A stretch of DNA of 64,000 nucleotides from a bacterium (GTDB taxonomy: Bacteria; UBA8248), in the NCBI GenBank assembly GCA_965204535.1, contig CBDBEV010000001.1, positions 1,120,001-1,184,000 on the forward strand, read 5' to 3'. Both the position numbers and the translations under genes were made by a program. Below the pieces are notes generated by a model, which was not told the DNA's origin, ran no database searches, and saw nothing but the letters and a program-made list of their open reading frames with translations. Of the stretch, positions 51,005-62,456 are shown piece by piece (the stretch's first letter is position 1; each line of letters begins with the position of its first letter).

Positions 51005-51259
51005 ATGGTCATTGATAAGTTAAATGCGCTTGAAACCGCGCTCTCGAATCTTTTGGAAGAACGTAATTCCCTCAGGCGCTCCCGGGCGGAGTTGGAGTCG
51101 CAACTCCAGAGGATGAGAGAGGAGGCCCGCGCCGATTCGGAATCCGTGCGCGCCCAGGCCGACGAGTTGGCGAAATGCCAGGCGGAAAACACGCGGCTTC
51201 AAGAAGAGCAAGCCGAGATTCGGGAGCGTGTGGAGAAGATTCTGACGCACATCGAGTAG
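51005..51259 (+). CDS. Coiled-coil cell division protein, ZapB-like
   Basis: Heptad coiled coil; position upstream of zapA. Confidence 0.6.
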   Translation: MVIDKLNALETALSNLLEERNSLRRSRAELESQLQRMREEARADSESVRAQADELAKCQAENTRLQEEQAEIRERVEKILTHIE

Positions 51260-51301
51260 TTCGTCGAAAGCATGCAATACTAGGGCATAAGGAGACAGCT
51301 T

Positions 51302-51580
51302 ATGGCCGGGGGGAATAAATTCGTGGTGGAGATTTTTGGTCATTCCCTGAACCTGAGAAGTTCAGCCGACTCGGAATATACATTGCAGCTCGCCGAGTAT
51401 GTAGATTCTCAAATTCACAAGGTCTCACGCCAGTCGAACGATCCGATAAAGGTCGTTCTGCTGGCTTCGATGAACATCGCCAACGAGTTGTTCGAGGAGA
51501 GGGAAGCGAAAGAAAAAAATGAGGAAACCCTCTCCCAACGCGCTGATTCTCTGTTGGAGATGGTGAGAAAAGCGGGCTGA
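51302..51580 (+). CDS. zapA: Cell division protein ZapA
   Basis: VEIFG, LAEYVD, LLASMNIANEL; pheT-zapA-6S synteny. Confidence 0.85.
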   Translation: MAGGNKFVVEIFGHSLNLRSSADSEYTLQLAEYVDSQIHKVSRQSNDPIKVVLLASMNIANELFEEREAKEKNEETLSQRADSLLEMVRKAG

Positions 51581-51655
51581 CCAGTCGTTTTCTCCACGCA
51601 GTAGCTTCTTCCTGTATTCATCCCCAAGTTTTAGTGTCATAATGCTTCTTTGCTT

Positions 51656-51835
51656 TGACCCTGCCGTGTTCGTGATGGGGGAAAGCATTTTGACCCAGTA
51701 CTATTGTACCGGGAGTCCTGACCCAGGGTGGTGAGCTATTCCTCTCGGGGAGTTCAGCCTAAAGCCATGGACGTGGACGCCCACCTGGCGAAAGCTGGGT
51801 TCAAAGCGAACCTCACACGGCACAAGGCGGGGTCA
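51656..51835 (+). ncRNA. ssrS: 6S RNA
   Basis: ~180 nt with closing stem TGACCCTGCCGTG / CACGG...GCGGGGTCA, between zapA and the 5-formyl-THF cyclo-ligase. Confidence 0.85.
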
Positions 51836-51914
51836 TTACTAACATGGACCTCGAGTCTGGTTGAGAGATTTCCGCTCCTGTTCATGAAGACTCGGGTGTG
51901 GTGAAAGAGGATTC

Positions 51915-52532
51915 ATGGCCGAATCAGACATGGAGAAACGCGACGTTCGGCTGAAGATGAAGGAGATGAGAGCACAATTCCCCCCTGCCGAGGCCGGTGT
52001 GTTGAGCCGCCTGGCGGGACGGCGCCTGGATGCTTTTCTGGTTTTCATGGGCGCGTGCAGGGTGGGGATATATGCGGCGGTTCGCGGTGAGATGGACTTC
52101 TCGTCGCTCTGGAGTGAAGGCAGCGATGCGAAAAGGACATATTGCTTCCCCCGGGTGGGGAAAGATGTTTTGCACTTCTGTCCGGTGAATCATCCCGAAG
52201 AGGAACTTCAGCCGGGCACGCTTCGAATTCCAGAACCTGTTCGCGATATTCCACCCCTGACCCTGAATGAACTCGATGTGGTCGTGACCCCCGGCCTTGC
52301 GTTCGATCTGTACGGCGGTCGGCTGGGAACCGGCGGGGGGTTCTACGATCGCACGTTGCAGGGGCGCCGCGGCGGCCAGGAGCGGTCCGGCCCTCTTCTG
52401 GTGGGCGCTTGTTATGCGTTTCAGTTGCTCGTCGGTGAATCCTGGAAGCGCGATGTCTGGGATGTCGGCGTTGATTGGGTGATAACCGAGCGGGGGGCGC
52501 TGCGTTGCCTCCCACGTGAATATATGCCCTAG
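51915..52532 (+). CDS. ygfA: 5-formyltetrahydrofolate cyclo-ligase
   Basis: IPEP, VTPGLAFD..GGRLG.GGGFYDR, VITE. Confidence 0.9.
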   Translation: MAESDMEKRDVRLKMKEMRAQFPPAEAGVLSRLAGRRLDAFLVFMGACRVGIYAAVRGEMDFSSLWSEGSDAKRTYCFPRVGKDVLHFCPVNHPEEELQPGTLRIPEPVRDIPPLTLNELDVVVTPGLAFDLYGGRLGTGGGFYDRTLQGRRGGQERSGPLLVGACYAFQLLVGESWKRDVWDVGVDWVITERGALRCLPREYMP

Positions 52533-52541
52533 GAGGCGAAT

Positions 52542-54125
52542 ATGGATAACGTGGTTTTGTTGCAAATGGTCGTTGTTGCAGTCGCCCTCGTGTGTGTGGC
52601 GTTGTTGTTGATCATGCGGCAGATGAAGCGCCGGCATGAAGAGACGGTGGCCCGTCAGGAGGCGGACGCCGATAAGCGGGTTCAGCAGATCAACGAGAAC
52701 GCGGCCAAGGAACTCGCGCAGAAGATTCAGGAATCGCAGGTCGCGCACAAGGCGGAATTGCTGCAGGAAAGAGAGCGCATCGAGCGGGAGAACAAATCCC
52801 GCGTGGATGAGCTTCAAAAGCTCGAACAAAGGGTGAACCAGCGCGAAGAAATGCTGGACAGGCGACGTGAGAGCCTCGACGGCAAGGAGGCGGCGGTCGA
52901 GCGCCGCGAGACAGAATTGAGCGTAAAGGAACAGGATCTGAAGCGCGAGGAGGCGCGCTACAAGCAACTCCAGGAAGAAGAAATCAGAAAGCTCGAGGAA
53001 ATTTCGGGCCTCAGCGTCGAGAACGCGAAGCAAGAACTCAAGGATCGCTTCATGGAGGAGGCGAAACAGGACATCGCCGCCGAGGTCCAGCGTCTCGAGC
53101 GCCGGGCCAGGAGCACCATGGAAGCCGATGCGAGACAGGCGCTCGCCCTGGCCGTGGAGCGCTTCTCCTCCGAACACGTCGCGGAAAATCTGGTGAGTGT
53201 GGTGGATTTGCCGACCGATGAGATGAAAGGCCGCATCATCGGCCGCGAGGGACGGAACATACGCGCCCTCGAGATGGCGACCGGCGTGGACGTGATCATC
53301 GACGATACGCCCGAGGCCGTCGTCGTCTCGGGTTTCGACAAGGTCCGCCGCGAGACGGCGCGCCTGGCGCTCGAAGCGCTCGTGCAGGACGGGAGAATCC
53401 ACCCGGGCCGAATCGAGGACATCGTCAACAAGACCAAAAAAGACATCGATTCCCAGATACGGCAGGCGGGCGAGGAGGCCGTGATGGAACTCGGAGTCGG
53501 CGACGTGCATCCCGAACTCGTGAACATGCTGGGGCGGCTCAGATACCGCACGAGCTACAGCCAGAACGCGCTCATGCACTCCAAGGAGGTGGCCTATCTC
53601 GCCGGGATGCTGGCGGATGAGTTGCGCATTGACCCCACGATGGCGAAGCGCGCCGGCTTGTTTCACGATATCGGCAAGGCGGCGACACACGAGGTCGAGG
53701 GCTCTCACGTCCAGATAGGCTACGACATCGCCAAGCGCTACAACGAGCCGTCCGAGGTCTTGAACGCCATCGTCTCCCACCATGAGGACGAGGAGGCGAA
53801 TTGCATCGAATCCGTCCTGGTGAAGGCGGCCGATACGCTTTCCGCCGCCCGGCCGGGGGCGAGGCGCGAGATGGTGGAAAGCTACATCAAGCGCCTCGAA
53901 GCGCTCGAGAAAATCGCCGAATCCTTCAATGGCGTGGAGAAGTGTTTCGCCATTCAGGCGGGACGGGAGATTCGCGTGTCGGTCTTGCCCGATGAGGTCA
54001 CCGATTCGCAGGCCACGTTCCTGGCGCGGGACATCGCCAAGAGAATCGAAAGCGAACGCACGTATCCGGGCGAGATTCTCGTCACCGTCATTCGTGAAAC
54101 CCGCCACGTGGCCACGGCGCGCTGA
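52542..54125 (+). CDS. rny: Ribonuclease Y
   Basis: N-term TM, coiled coil, KH ([13 protein letters not shown]), HD (HDIGK). Confidence 0.97.
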   Translation: MDNVVLLQMVVVAVALVCVALLLIMRQMKRRHEETVARQEADADKRVQQINENAAKELAQKIQESQVAHKAELLQERERIERENKSRVDELQKLEQRVNQREEMLDRRRESLDGKEAAVERRETELSVKEQDLKREEARYKQLQEEEIRKLEEISGLSVENAKQELKDRFMEEAKQDIAAEVQRLERRARSTMEADARQALALAVERFSSEHVAENLVSVVDLPTDEMKGRIIGREGRNIRALEMATGVDVIIDDTPEAVVVSGFDKVRRETARLALEALVQDGRIHPGRIEDIVNKTKKDIDSQIRQAGEEAVMELGVGDVHPELVNMLGRLRYRTSYSQNALMHSKEVAYLAGMLADELRIDPTMAKRAGLFHDIGKAATHEVEGSHVQIGYDIAKRYNEPSEVLNAIVSHHEDEEANCIESVLVKAADTLSAARPGARREMVESYIKRLEALEKIAESFNGVEKCFAIQAGREIRVSVLPDEVTDSQATFLARDIAKRIESERTYPGEILVTVIRETRHVATAR

Positions 54126-54132
54126 GGTAGTC

Positions 54133-54918
54133 TTGAAGCTTCTTTTCGTCGGAGATGTCACGGGAAAAGTGGGCCGCCGGATGGCTTGCGCTCATCTGGG
54201 GGAACTCAGGGCAAAACACGCGGTGGACGTGTGTGTCATCAACGGGGAGAACGCGGCCGGCGGCTTCGGGATCAACAATACGCACGTCGATGAATTGCTC
54301 GATGCGGGGGCGGACGTCATCACCTCGGGGAATCACATCTGGAACCGCAAGGAGACGACCGATTTCATCTTGCGCGAACCCCGGCTGCTCCGGCCCGGGA
54401 ACTACCCGCCTCGAGCGCCGGGGAAGGGCGTCTTTGTCCTGGAATCCGAAAAAGGACGCATCGCCGTGTTGAACCTCATGGGCCGCGTCTTCATGCCGCC
54501 CATTGAATGTCCTTTCCGGGAAGCCGACGATCTCATCAGACGGGTGGAAGGAGAGACGAAGATGGTCATGGTCGATTTTCACGCGGAGGCTACGAGCGAG
54601 AAAGTGGCCATGGGCTGGCATCTCGACGGTCGCGTGAGCGCCGTCTTCGGCACGCATACACACATTCAGACGGCGGACGAGCGGGTACTGCCCAAGGGAA
54701 CGGCCTTCATCACGGACGTCGGCATGACGGGGCCGCGTAATTCCATCATCGGCATGAAGACAGAGATTGTTCTGGATAAATTCATATCCGGGCTTCCGCG
54801 CCGCTTCGAAGTGGCTGGAGGCGAGGGACAGCTCAACGGCGCGCTCGTCGAGATAGCCCCGGATACCGGAAAAGCGCTTTCGATCGAGCGTGTCCAGGTC
54901 TTGGAGGGAGAGCGCTAG
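54133..54918 (+). CDS. ymdB: YmdB-family metallophosphoesterase
   Basis: GDV.G..G, NGENAAGG, SGNHIW, DFHAEATSEK, GTHTH. Confidence 0.93.
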   Translation: MKLLFVGDVTGKVGRRMACAHLGELRAKHAVDVCVINGENAAGGFGINNTHVDELLDAGADVITSGNHIWNRKETTDFILREPRLLRPGNYPPRAPGKGVFVLESEKGRIAVLNLMGRVFMPPIECPFREADDLIRRVEGETKMVMVDFHAEATSEKVAMGWHLDGRVSAVFGTHTHIQTADERVLPKGTAFITDVGMTGPRNSIIGMKTEIVLDKFISGLPRRFEVAGGEGQLNGALVEIAPDTGKALSIERVQVLEGER

Positions 54919-54956
54919 CGGTCGCGCCCGTTTTCCCTTCATCCCCGATGAAGGTT

Positions 54957-55562
54957 TCAGTGTCCGTTTCTGTGAGTGGACTTCTCGTAGTCGGTGATGG
55001 CGAATCTGGAGGGTTCATCTTTTTTGAGAAATACGAGCAGCCGCTTCAGGCGCCATTCGAGGGAGCGCGACCCCAGGAAGGCCTGTTTTTCCCGAAGCGG
55101 CAGCCTGAGAACCTCGGCGACGGCGAAAGAAAGGCGGAGCGGGTCTTCCAGCAATTCATCGGGCAAATTCTGAGGCGCTGAACCGCTTTTTTCGAGAGCG
55201 TCCCACACCATCCGGCATAATTCCGTGGGGTCGTCGCCCTCCTCATCATGAAAATCGCTCACCTCCCCCTCGAAATAGGGCCGGGTGTCATAAACGCGGA
55301 AAACTTCGAAGCGCTGCTCGCCCAGGGTGAGGATGTTCATCCTGCCGTCGGGAAATTTTTCGAGTACCTGGGTGATGCGGGCCGCGCATCCGATTTTATG
55401 GATGCCGCCTTTCCCCACCAGAACAATCCCGAAGGGTGCGTCGTCCTCGATGCACTCGCCGATCATGATCTTGTAGCGTTCCTCGAAAATATGCAGGGGC
55501 AGTCGCTGACCCGGCAAGAGTACGACCTGAAGCGGGAACAGGGGCAGGCGATAGGTAGTCAT
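54957..55562 (-). CDS. LON peptidase substrate-binding domain protein
   Basis: LPLFPL..VLLPG..LPLHIFEERY, DGRMNI...G..RF. Confidence 0.88.
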   Translation of the reverse strand: MTTYRLPLFPLQVVLLPGQRLPLHIFEERYKIMIGECIEDDAPFGIVLVGKGGIHKIGCAARITQVLEKFPDGRMNILTLGEQRFEVFRVYDTRPYFEGEVSDFHDEEGDDPTELCRMVWDALEKSGSAPQNLPDELLEDPLRLSFAVAEVLRLPLREKQAFLGSRSLEWRLKRLLVFLKKDEPSRFAITDYEKSTHRNGH

Positions 55563-55758
55563 GAGAAAATTGTAACTTGAATCGCCCGATTTTGAAATTC
55601 GCGAGAAATTCTCCCGAAACCCGGCGCGATGGATATCGCTCCCTGCAATGGTCTTGCAATTCGCCTCTAGCTGGCCTGATTGCGCGCGAATATGATATTT
55701 TGTTCTCCCTTGAGACCAAGGCGTCATTCGGATTCTCGTTTTATGGAGGTTTCTCACG

Positions 55759-57387
55759 ATGAGCGAGCCGAGCATCGCCACGGCCCAAAGGGCTTGGAGC
55801 GAACGTGCGGAGGAAGGGGGTAGGGCCACCCTCTCGGGCATCGCGCTCCCGGCGTTTTTCGGTCCGGGGGAGGTGGATCCGGAAACCCCCGATGAGAAAC
55901 CGGGCGCGCATCCCTACACGCGCGGCATCTACGAGAACATGTACCGGGGCCGGCTCTGGACGATGCGCCAATACGCCGGTTTCGGCAGCGCGCGGGAGAG
56001 CAACCACCGCTACCGCTATCTCCTCGATCACGGACAGATGGGGATTTCCGTGGCGTTCGATCTGCCCACCCAGATAGGCTACGATCCGGATCATCCCCTG
56101 GTCTTTGGCGAAGTGGGCCGCGTGGGGGTGTCCATCGCCTCCATCGAAGACATGGAGGTTCTGCTCGACGACATCCCGCTGGACAAGATTTCTACTTCGA
56201 TGACCATCAACGCCACCGCGCCCATCCTGCTGGCCCTCTACGTCGCGGTGGCCGAGAAGCACGGCATTCCCTCCGAAGCGCTTCGGGGTACCGTGCAGAA
56301 CGACATTTTGAAGGAATACATCTCGCGCGGGACCTACATTTATCCACCCGAAGCGAGCCTGCGCCTCATCACCGACACCATGGAGTTCTGCAAGGACAGG
56401 GTTCCCAAATGGAACGCCATATCGATCAGCGGCTACCACATCCGCGAGGCGGGCTCGACCGCCGTTCAGGAGGTCGCCTTCACCCTCGCGAACGCCATCA
56501 CCTATGTGGAGGCCGCGGTCGCTTCAGGACTGAACGTGGATGAACTCGGCTCGCACATCTCGTTTTTCTTTAACGTCCACAATCATTTTCTGGAAGAAAT
56601 CGCAAAATTCCGCGCCGCGCGCAGGCTTTGGGCGCGGATCATGCGCGAGCGCTTCGGGGCGTGTTCGGAGAAGGCGTGTATGCTGCGGTTTCACTCCCAG
56701 ACCGCCGGCAGCGCGCTGACCGCCCAGCAGCCGAAAAACAACGTCGTGCGCGTCGCTCTTCAGGCGATGGCCGCTGTGCTGGGAGGCACGCAATCGCTTC
56801 ACACGAATTCGATGGACGAGGCGCTCTCCCTTCCCACGGAGGATGCCGCGAGGCTCGCGCTCAGGACCCAGCAGATACTCGCCGAGGAATCGAACGTGCC
56901 GAACGTGGCGGACCCGTGCGGCGGGGCGTACGCCATCGAGGCGCTGACGTCCGAAATTGTCTCCCGTGCAGAGGAGATCATTCAGCATATCGACGATATC
57001 GGCGGCATGCTCCACGCCATTGAGACGGGGTGGGTGCAGCACCAGATTCAGGACAGCGCCTATGCCTACCAGCGCCTCGTCGATGAGGGTGAGATGGTCG
57101 TCGTCGGCGTGAACCGCTATCAACAGGAGGAAGAGGCGCGCATCTCGACGCTCCAGATTCGCCCCGAGGTCGAAGGAGAACAGAAGGAGCGTGTCGAGTC
57201 GCTGAGGATACGGCGCCACGCCGATCGTACGAGCGAGGCGCTCGACGCCTTGAGCCACGCGGCCAGGAGCGATGACAATCTTCTGCCCTACATCCTGAGG
57301 GCGGTAAAGGCCGAGGCCACGGTCGGAGAAATCGCGGACACCATGCGTGAGGTTTTCGGCCTCTATCAGCAAGACGTCGCCATCTGA
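55759..57387 (+). CDS. Methylmalonyl-CoA mutase family, substrate-binding (alpha) subunit
   Basis: [43 protein letters not shown]; no B12-binding domain. Confidence 0.93.
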   Translation: MSEPSIATAQRAWSERAEEGGRATLSGIALPAFFGPGEVDPETPDEKPGAHPYTRGIYENMYRGRLWTMRQYAGFGSARESNHRYRYLLDHGQMGISVAFDLPTQIGYDPDHPLVFGEVGRVGVSIASIEDMEVLLDDIPLDKISTSMTINATAPILLALYVAVAEKHGIPSEALRGTVQNDILKEYISRGTYIYPPEASLRLITDTMEFCKDRVPKWNAISISGYHIREAGSTAVQEVAFTLANAITYVEAAVASGLNVDELGSHISFFFNVHNHFLEEIAKFRAARRLWARIMRERFGACSEKACMLRFHSQTAGSALTAQQPKNNVVRVALQAMAAVLGGTQSLHTNSMDEALSLPTEDAARLALRTQQILAEESNVPNVADPCGGAYAIEALTSEIVSRAEEIIQHIDDIGGMLHAIETGWVQHQIQDSAYAYQRLVDEGEMVVVGVNRYQQEEEARISTLQIRPEVEGEQKERVESLRIRRHADRTSEALDALSHAARSDDNLLPYILRAVKAEATVGEIADTMREVFGLYQQDVAI

Positions 57388-57453
57388 AGCGGACAGGATG
57401 TAACTTGCCGCTGAACTTTGGACATCAAAGGCATCATCTGGAGAAATGAATTT

Positions 57454-60099
57454 ATGAAGGGCAATGAAGTCCGCCAGAAATTTCTCGAATTCTTCGCCGA
57501 CGAGTCGCACAGGATCGTTCGCAGCTCCAGTCTGGTGCCCATGAACGACCCCACCTTGTTGTTCACCAACGCGGGCATGGTCCAGTTCAAGGACGTGTTC
57601 ACGGGACTGGAGAAGCGCGACTACTCCCGTGCGGTGAGTTCCCAGAAATGCCTGCGTGTGAGCGGCAAGCACAACGATTTGGAAAACGTTGGCCGAACGG
57701 CCCGGCACCACACATTTTTCGAGATGCTGGGCAACTTCTCCTTCGGCCAGTATTTCAAGGAAAAGGCGATCGAGTTCGGCTGGGAGTTTCTGATTAACCG
57801 CGTGGGTCTCGATGGGGATCGCATGTGGATCACCGTTTTCAGGGAGGACGACGAGGCGGCGGAGCTTTGGCAGCGGCTCGTCGGCGTCCCGCCCGAGCGC
57901 ATCGTCCGCATGGATGAGAAGGACAACTTTTGGGCGATGGGGGATACCGGTCCCTGCGGCCCCTGCTCGGAACTCATTTATGACCAGGGAGACCACATCG
58001 TCGGCGCGCCGCCTGGCAGCGGACACGAGGATGAGGACGGGGATCGTTATCTCGAACTCTGGAACCTGGTGTTCATGCAGTTCAACCGGGAGGCTTCGGG
58101 CAAGATGGAGCCGCTGCCCAAGCCCTCCGTCGATACGGGAATGGGCCTCGAACGCCTCGCGGCGGTGGTGCAGAAAGAAGACAGCAATTACCACACCGAC
58201 CTCTTGATGCCGCTCATTCATTCGGTCGAGGAGCGCTGCGGCAAGGAGTACACCGGCGGTGACGCTCCGAACGACGTTTCTTTCCGCGTCATCGCGGACC
58301 ACGTTCGTGCGGTCAGCTTCCTGGTGGCCGACGGCGTTCTGCCGAGCAACGAGGGCCGGGGCTATGTTCTGAGGCGCGTTGCGAGGCGCGCCTTGCGGCA
58401 CGGCAGGATGCTGGGCATCGAGGGGCCGTTCCTGCACCGGACCGTGGGCGTGGTGTCCGATATGATGGGTAATGCCTTCCCCGAACTCAGGGAGGGCTTG
58501 AGCTACATCTCCCGCGTCACGCTGGCCGAAGAAGAGAGGTTCGCCAACACCCTCGCGCAGGGCCAGCCGCGCATGGACACGCTGGCGGAAGAGGTGAAAT
58601 CATCGGGCAGCGCCACCATTCCGGGCGGGGAGGTGTTCACCCTGCTCGACACCTATGGCTATCCGTGGGATCTGGCGGTGGAAACGGCCGCATTCCATGG
58701 CCTCGAGATAGACCAGGGCGGTTTCGATGAGGCGATGGAGCAGCAGCGCGAGCGCGCCCGCGCCCACTGGAAGGGTTCGGGTGAGGCCGCCGTCGATGAA
58801 ATCTGGCATCAGGTGCGCGATGAGACGGGCGCGAACGAATTCACCGGTTATGATCACGATGAGGAAGAAGCCCAGGTACGCGCCATCATCTTGGATGGCG
58901 CGCTGTATGGTGAAGCCGGCGAGGGAACCGAGGCGCGCGTCGTTCTCGACAAGACGCCGTTTTACGGCGAAGCGGGCGGACAGGAAGGTGACAAGGGCGG
59001 GTTTTCCTGGGCCGATGGCGCCGCGCTCGTGCTCGACACGCAGAAACCGCTCCCCGACGTGTATGTTCATCACGTCAAGGTGACGGAAGGAACCTTGAAG
59101 AAGGGGCAAAGTCTTGCTGCGCGAATCGACGCGGAGAGACGCGATCTTTTAAGACGCAATCACTCGGCCACCCACCTGCTGCAATACGCGCTGCGCCAGG
59201 TTCTGGGAGATCATGTAAAACAGGCGGGTTCTCACCTCTCGCCCGAGAGGCTTCGTTTCGACTACACCCACTTCACGGCGATGACGGCGCGCGAGCGCGA
59301 AAGGGTGGAGGACATCGTGAACGAGCGCATTCGCGAGAACGCGGGCGTAGAGACGCGCCACATGTCGATAGACGACGCCCTGGCTGCAGGCGCGACGGCG
59401 CTCTTCGGCGAGCGGTATGGAGAAGACGTGCGCGTCGTCTCCGTCGGCGATTTCAGCATGGAGCTTTGCGGGGGTACGCACGCGCGCGCCGCGGGCGATA
59501 TCGGGGTTTTCCGCATCTTGCACGAAGGCAGCGTGGCTGCCGGGGTGAGGCGCATCGAAGCCTTGACGGGCGAGGGTGCACTCTTGCAAGCCCGCAAGGA
59601 ACAATACGTTCTCTCTGAAATCGGGGAACTCACGAGAGCGGCGCCGCTTGAGGAAGCCGAGCGGGTGAGGCGCCTGCTCGATCGCGTGAAGACGCTTGAG
59701 CGTGAACTCAAGGATTCGCGCGACAGGCAATCACGCGATGAGATGGGCGATCTGGCTTCCGAGGCCAAAGAAATTTCAGGCGTCAAGCTCCTTGCCGTGA
59801 GGCGCGACGGACTTCAGGCGGGCGATTTGCGCGGAATCGTCGACGCGGCGAAGGGGAAGCTGCAAAGCGGCGTCGCTGTGGTCGCCGCCGTGACGGACGG
59901 GAAGGTCGCCATCGCCGCGGGCGTAACGAAAGACCTCACGTCTCGCATTCATGCCGGGAACCTGGTGAAAGAGGTGGCCTCGCTCGTCGGCGGCAGAGGC
60001 GGGGGCCGGCAGGACTTTGCGCAAGCGGGCGGCAAGGACGTCGAAAAGGTGGACGACGCCCTCGCCGCCGTTCCCGGACTCATCGAGAAAATGAAATAA
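57454..60099 (+). CDS. alaS: Alanine--tRNA ligase
   Basis: FTNAGMVQFK, HHTFFEMLGNFSFG, DTGMGLER, NHSATHLL, ELCGGTH, GGRGGG. Confidence 0.98.
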   Translation: MKGNEVRQKFLEFFADESHRIVRSSSLVPMNDPTLLFTNAGMVQFKDVFTGLEKRDYSRAVSSQKCLRVSGKHNDLENVGRTARHHTFFEMLGNFSFGQYFKEKAIEFGWEFLINRVGLDGDRMWITVFREDDEAAELWQRLVGVPPERIVRMDEKDNFWAMGDTGPCGPCSELIYDQGDHIVGAPPGSGHEDEDGDRYLELWNLVFMQFNREASGKMEPLPKPSVDTGMGLERLAAVVQKEDSNYHTDLLMPLIHSVEERCGKEYTGGDAPNDVSFRVIADHVRAVSFLVADGVLPSNEGRGYVLRRVARRALRHGRMLGIEGPFLHRTVGVVSDMMGNAFPELREGLSYISRVTLAEEERFANTLAQGQPRMDTLAEEVKSSGSATIPGGEVFTLLDTYGYPWDLAVETAAFHGLEIDQGGFDEAMEQQRERARAHWKGSGEAAVDEIWHQVRDETGANEFTGYDHDEEEAQVRAIILDGALYGEAGEGTEARVVLDKTPFYGEAGGQEGDKGGFSWADGAALVLDTQKPLPDVYVHHVKVTEGTLKKGQSLAARIDAERRDLLRRNHSATHLLQYALRQVLGDHVKQAGSHLSPERLRFDYTHFTAMTARERERVEDIVNERIRENAGVETRHMSIDDALAAGATALFGERYGEDVRVVSVGDFSMELCGGTHARAAGDIGVFRILHEGSVAAGVRRIEALTGEGALLQARKEQYVLSEIGELTRAAPLEEAERVRRLLDRVKTLERELKDSRDRQSRDEMGDLASEAKEISGVKLLAVRRDGLQAGDLRGIVDAAKGKLQSGVAVVAAVTDGKVAIAAGVTKDLTSRIHAGNLVKEVASLVGGRGGGRQDFAQAGGKDVEKVDDALAAVPGLIEKMK

Positions 60100-60178
60100 T
60101 CACCGCATAGCCGCGCTTGGTTCAGGCGGGTTTATTGCAGCATTTTTGTTTCGGAGAACGTTTTTGAGAGATACGGCC

Positions 60179-61345
60179 GTGGCCGGCGCCGTTCCAGAGC
60201 GCCTCAAGAAAAGAAGAATCTCCGTCCTCATCGTCGCCCACGTCGCGAACGACAGCTATTTCGGTTTTCTCCCGCCGCTGCTCCCCCTCATCGTGGAGCG
60301 CATGGACCTGCCCTTGAGTCTGGCGGGCCTTCTGGCGACCACGCTTTCCGTCACCGGCGCCGTGGGTCAGCCTCTTTTCGGCTATTTCGCCGACAGGATC
60401 AGGAAAGGATGGCTTCTGGCGCTCGGGCCGCTGGGCGGCGCGCTTCTGGCGTTCATGCTCTACATGCCGAATTTCTGGATACTCATGCTCCTCATGCTGA
60501 TCGCGGGTTCGGGGTCGGCCTGTTTTCATCCCGTGGCTTCTGTCATCGCCGGTCAGTCTGCCGGCGCGAGGAAAGGGTTCGGCATGTCGCTCTACGTCGC
60601 AGGTGGCCGCCTGGGCGTGGGGATAGGTTCGGGGATGGCGACGTTCATCGTCACCCGGTGGGGTATCGACGCCATGCCGTACGCCAGCCTCGTCGGCATC
60701 ATTATCGGGCTTCCCTTGTTTTTCTTTTCTCCGCCTATCCGTGACGTCGGGCGCGGGGCTTCGCAAACTTTCATGCAGACGATGCGCACGCTCCGGATCG
60801 TGTTTCGTCCGCTTTTCCTGTTGTGGGTCGTGAACCTGTGCCGCACCACGGTGACGATGACGGTGCAGGTATTCTTGCCGATTTACATTATCGCCAAAGG
60901 CGGTTCGCTGGCCGCGGGTGGAACGGCCGTCACCCTGTTTCTGGTCGCCGCGGCGATAGGCGGCATCTACGGCGGACATCTCTCCGACATCTTCGGCAGG
61001 CGGATCGTGACGATCATGTCCATCTGCGTGGGCACGCCCGCTTTGGGCCTGGCCTTTCTGTTCGATGAGCCCTTGCGGACCGTCTTCGTCATACTCTCGG
61101 GCGCCGCTTTCTATGCGCAGATGGGGGTTTCTGTGACGTACGCGCAGGAGATCGCCCCCGAACACGCTGCCTTGGTGAGCAGCTTCATGCTCGGGGTGGT
61201 CTGGTTCGTGGCGAGCATCGGGATGATCGCCGTGGGCGGCCTGGCTGATTACATCGGTGTGGAAACGGCCCTGCCCCTGGTCTGCATGGCGTTCGGCGTC
61301 GTGGGTTCGTTCCTCTCTTTCGGACTACCCAAAGAGACGGCTTAG
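60179..61345 (+). CDS. MFS transporter (Fsr-like)
   Basis: H..ND.Y, QPLFGYFADR, FHP, GGHLSDIFGRR; ~12 TM; start uncertain. Confidence 0.88.
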   Translation: MAGAVPERLKKRRISVLIVAHVANDSYFGFLPPLLPLIVERMDLPLSLAGLLATTLSVTGAVGQPLFGYFADRIRKGWLLALGPLGGALLAFMLYMPNFWILMLLMLIAGSGSACFHPVASVIAGQSAGARKGFGMSLYVAGGRLGVGIGSGMATFIVTRWGIDAMPYASLVGIIIGLPLFFFSPPIRDVGRGASQTFMQTMRTLRIVFRPLFLLWVVNLCRTTVTMTVQVFLPIYIIAKGGSLAAGGTAVTLFLVAAAIGGIYGGHLSDIFGRRIVTIMSICVGTPALGLAFLFDEPLRTVFVILSGAAFYAQMGVSVTYAQEIAPEHAALVSSFMLGVVWFVASIGMIAVGGLADYIGVETALPLVCMAFGVVGSFLSFGLPKETA

Positions 61346-61349
61346 AGAC

Positions 61350-61742
61350 ATGTCGAAAAATTTCAAACCCCTGGCCGTGGAACGCGAGATAGCCGAGGAG
61401 ATGGCTTCAACGCTCGGCCGCATCGGCAGCGAGTTCTCCAAGCACCATCAGAGGGCGTGGGCTGCCTGGCGCGCCTGGGAGAAGGGGCAAGAGTTCGGCG
61501 ATAATATCAGGGAAAGGCTCGAGCGCGCGCTCCATGGCGCGATGGATGAAGCGGAACGCTACCGGTATTTCCTCATCGTGCAAAGAGAGGCGATGGGACT
61601 TCGAAACCATGCGGAGGTGAACCGCAAATACCCGCTGCCTCGCGTGCCGGGCAGGCCGCCCGCGGCGGGCGACCCCACTAGCCCTCGTCTCGCTTGGCCC
61701 GGAGGATTTTCACGAGGTTGGCGTAGGAAGTTCTCCGGATGA
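61350..61742 (+). CDS. Hypothetical protein (DUF6665-like)
   Basis: E..EEMASTLGR.G...FLIVQREAMGLRNH..V...Y.LP; 3' end overlaps mlaC tail. Confidence 0.55.
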   Translation: MSKNFKPLAVEREIAEEMASTLGRIGSEFSKHHQRAWAAWRAWEKGQEFGDNIRERLERALHGAMDEAERYRYFLIVQREAMGLRNHAEVNRKYPLPRVPGRPPAAGDPTSPRLAWPGGFSRGWRRKFSG

Positions 61743-62283
61743 TGGAGCGGAACTGGTCGCGGTAGTTTTTCACCAGGCTCACGCCCTCCACCACAACGTC
61801 GTAGACGCGCCATTCGCCTCCCACTTTGTGCAGGCGGTAGACGATGTCGACCTCTTTCTTGTCCATTGTGATGATGACGGTGTTGACCTTGGCGAATTCC
61901 TCGTCGATGCTCTCTTTTCCGAGAACGACTTTCTCGTTGGTGTAGCTTTCCAGCGTGCCGGCGTAGTTGCGTTCCATGAAATAGCTGAAAAGCTCGATGA
62001 ATTCGGTCTTCTCCTCGGGCGTGCGTTTTCTCCACGCCCTCGCGAGGCTTCGCCGGGACATTTCCTCGAAATCAAAGTGCCTGTGGATGATCTTGCGCAT
62101 CCGGTTTCTGCGCTCCGCTTTTTTCTCGGGCGCCTTCAAATCGGGCTGGCCGAGGATCTCCAACACCCCGTGTATCCCCTTTCGCACCACTTCGGACGGC
62201 TCTCCCGCCTGAGCGAGCGGCGCGAGAAGCGCACAGGCGAATAGGGTGGCCATAAGAAGCTGTAGACGCTTTTTCAAAAGCAT
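61678..62283 (-). CDS. mlaC: Phospholipid-binding protein MlaC/Ttg2D
   Basis: Signal peptide; FDF..MS, W, WRVYDVVVEGVSLVKNYRDQF. Confidence 0.9.
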   Translation of the reverse strand: MLLKKRLQLLMATLFACALLAPLAQAGEPSEVVRKGIHGVLEILGQPDLKAPEKKAERRNRMRKIIHRHFDFEEMSRRSLARAWRKRTPEEKTEFIELFSYFMERNYAGTLESYTNEKVVLGKESIDEEFAKVNTVIITMDKKEVDIVYRLHKVGGEWRVYDVVVEGVSLVKNYRDQFRSIIRRTSYANLVKILRAKRDEG

Positions 62284-62456
62284 GGGTTCTCCTCGTGGGG
62301 GAATGACTGAATTCGGGCGTGGCGGCAAAACGTGGATGATGTAACGATGTTTATATGTTTTCCGGCTCTCTCGATTCTGGGTCCGCTAGCGCGAAGCACT
62401 CATTGACGAACAGATTGTCGGTCATCTTCCAGTGTTTTTTCAGGCGGCGATGCCCG

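Noticed and set aside
55759-57387. Truncated methylmalonyl-CoA mutase pseudogene
   Set aside because: Split mutases with a separate B12-binding subunit are common; the ORF ends at the normal alpha-subunit boundary
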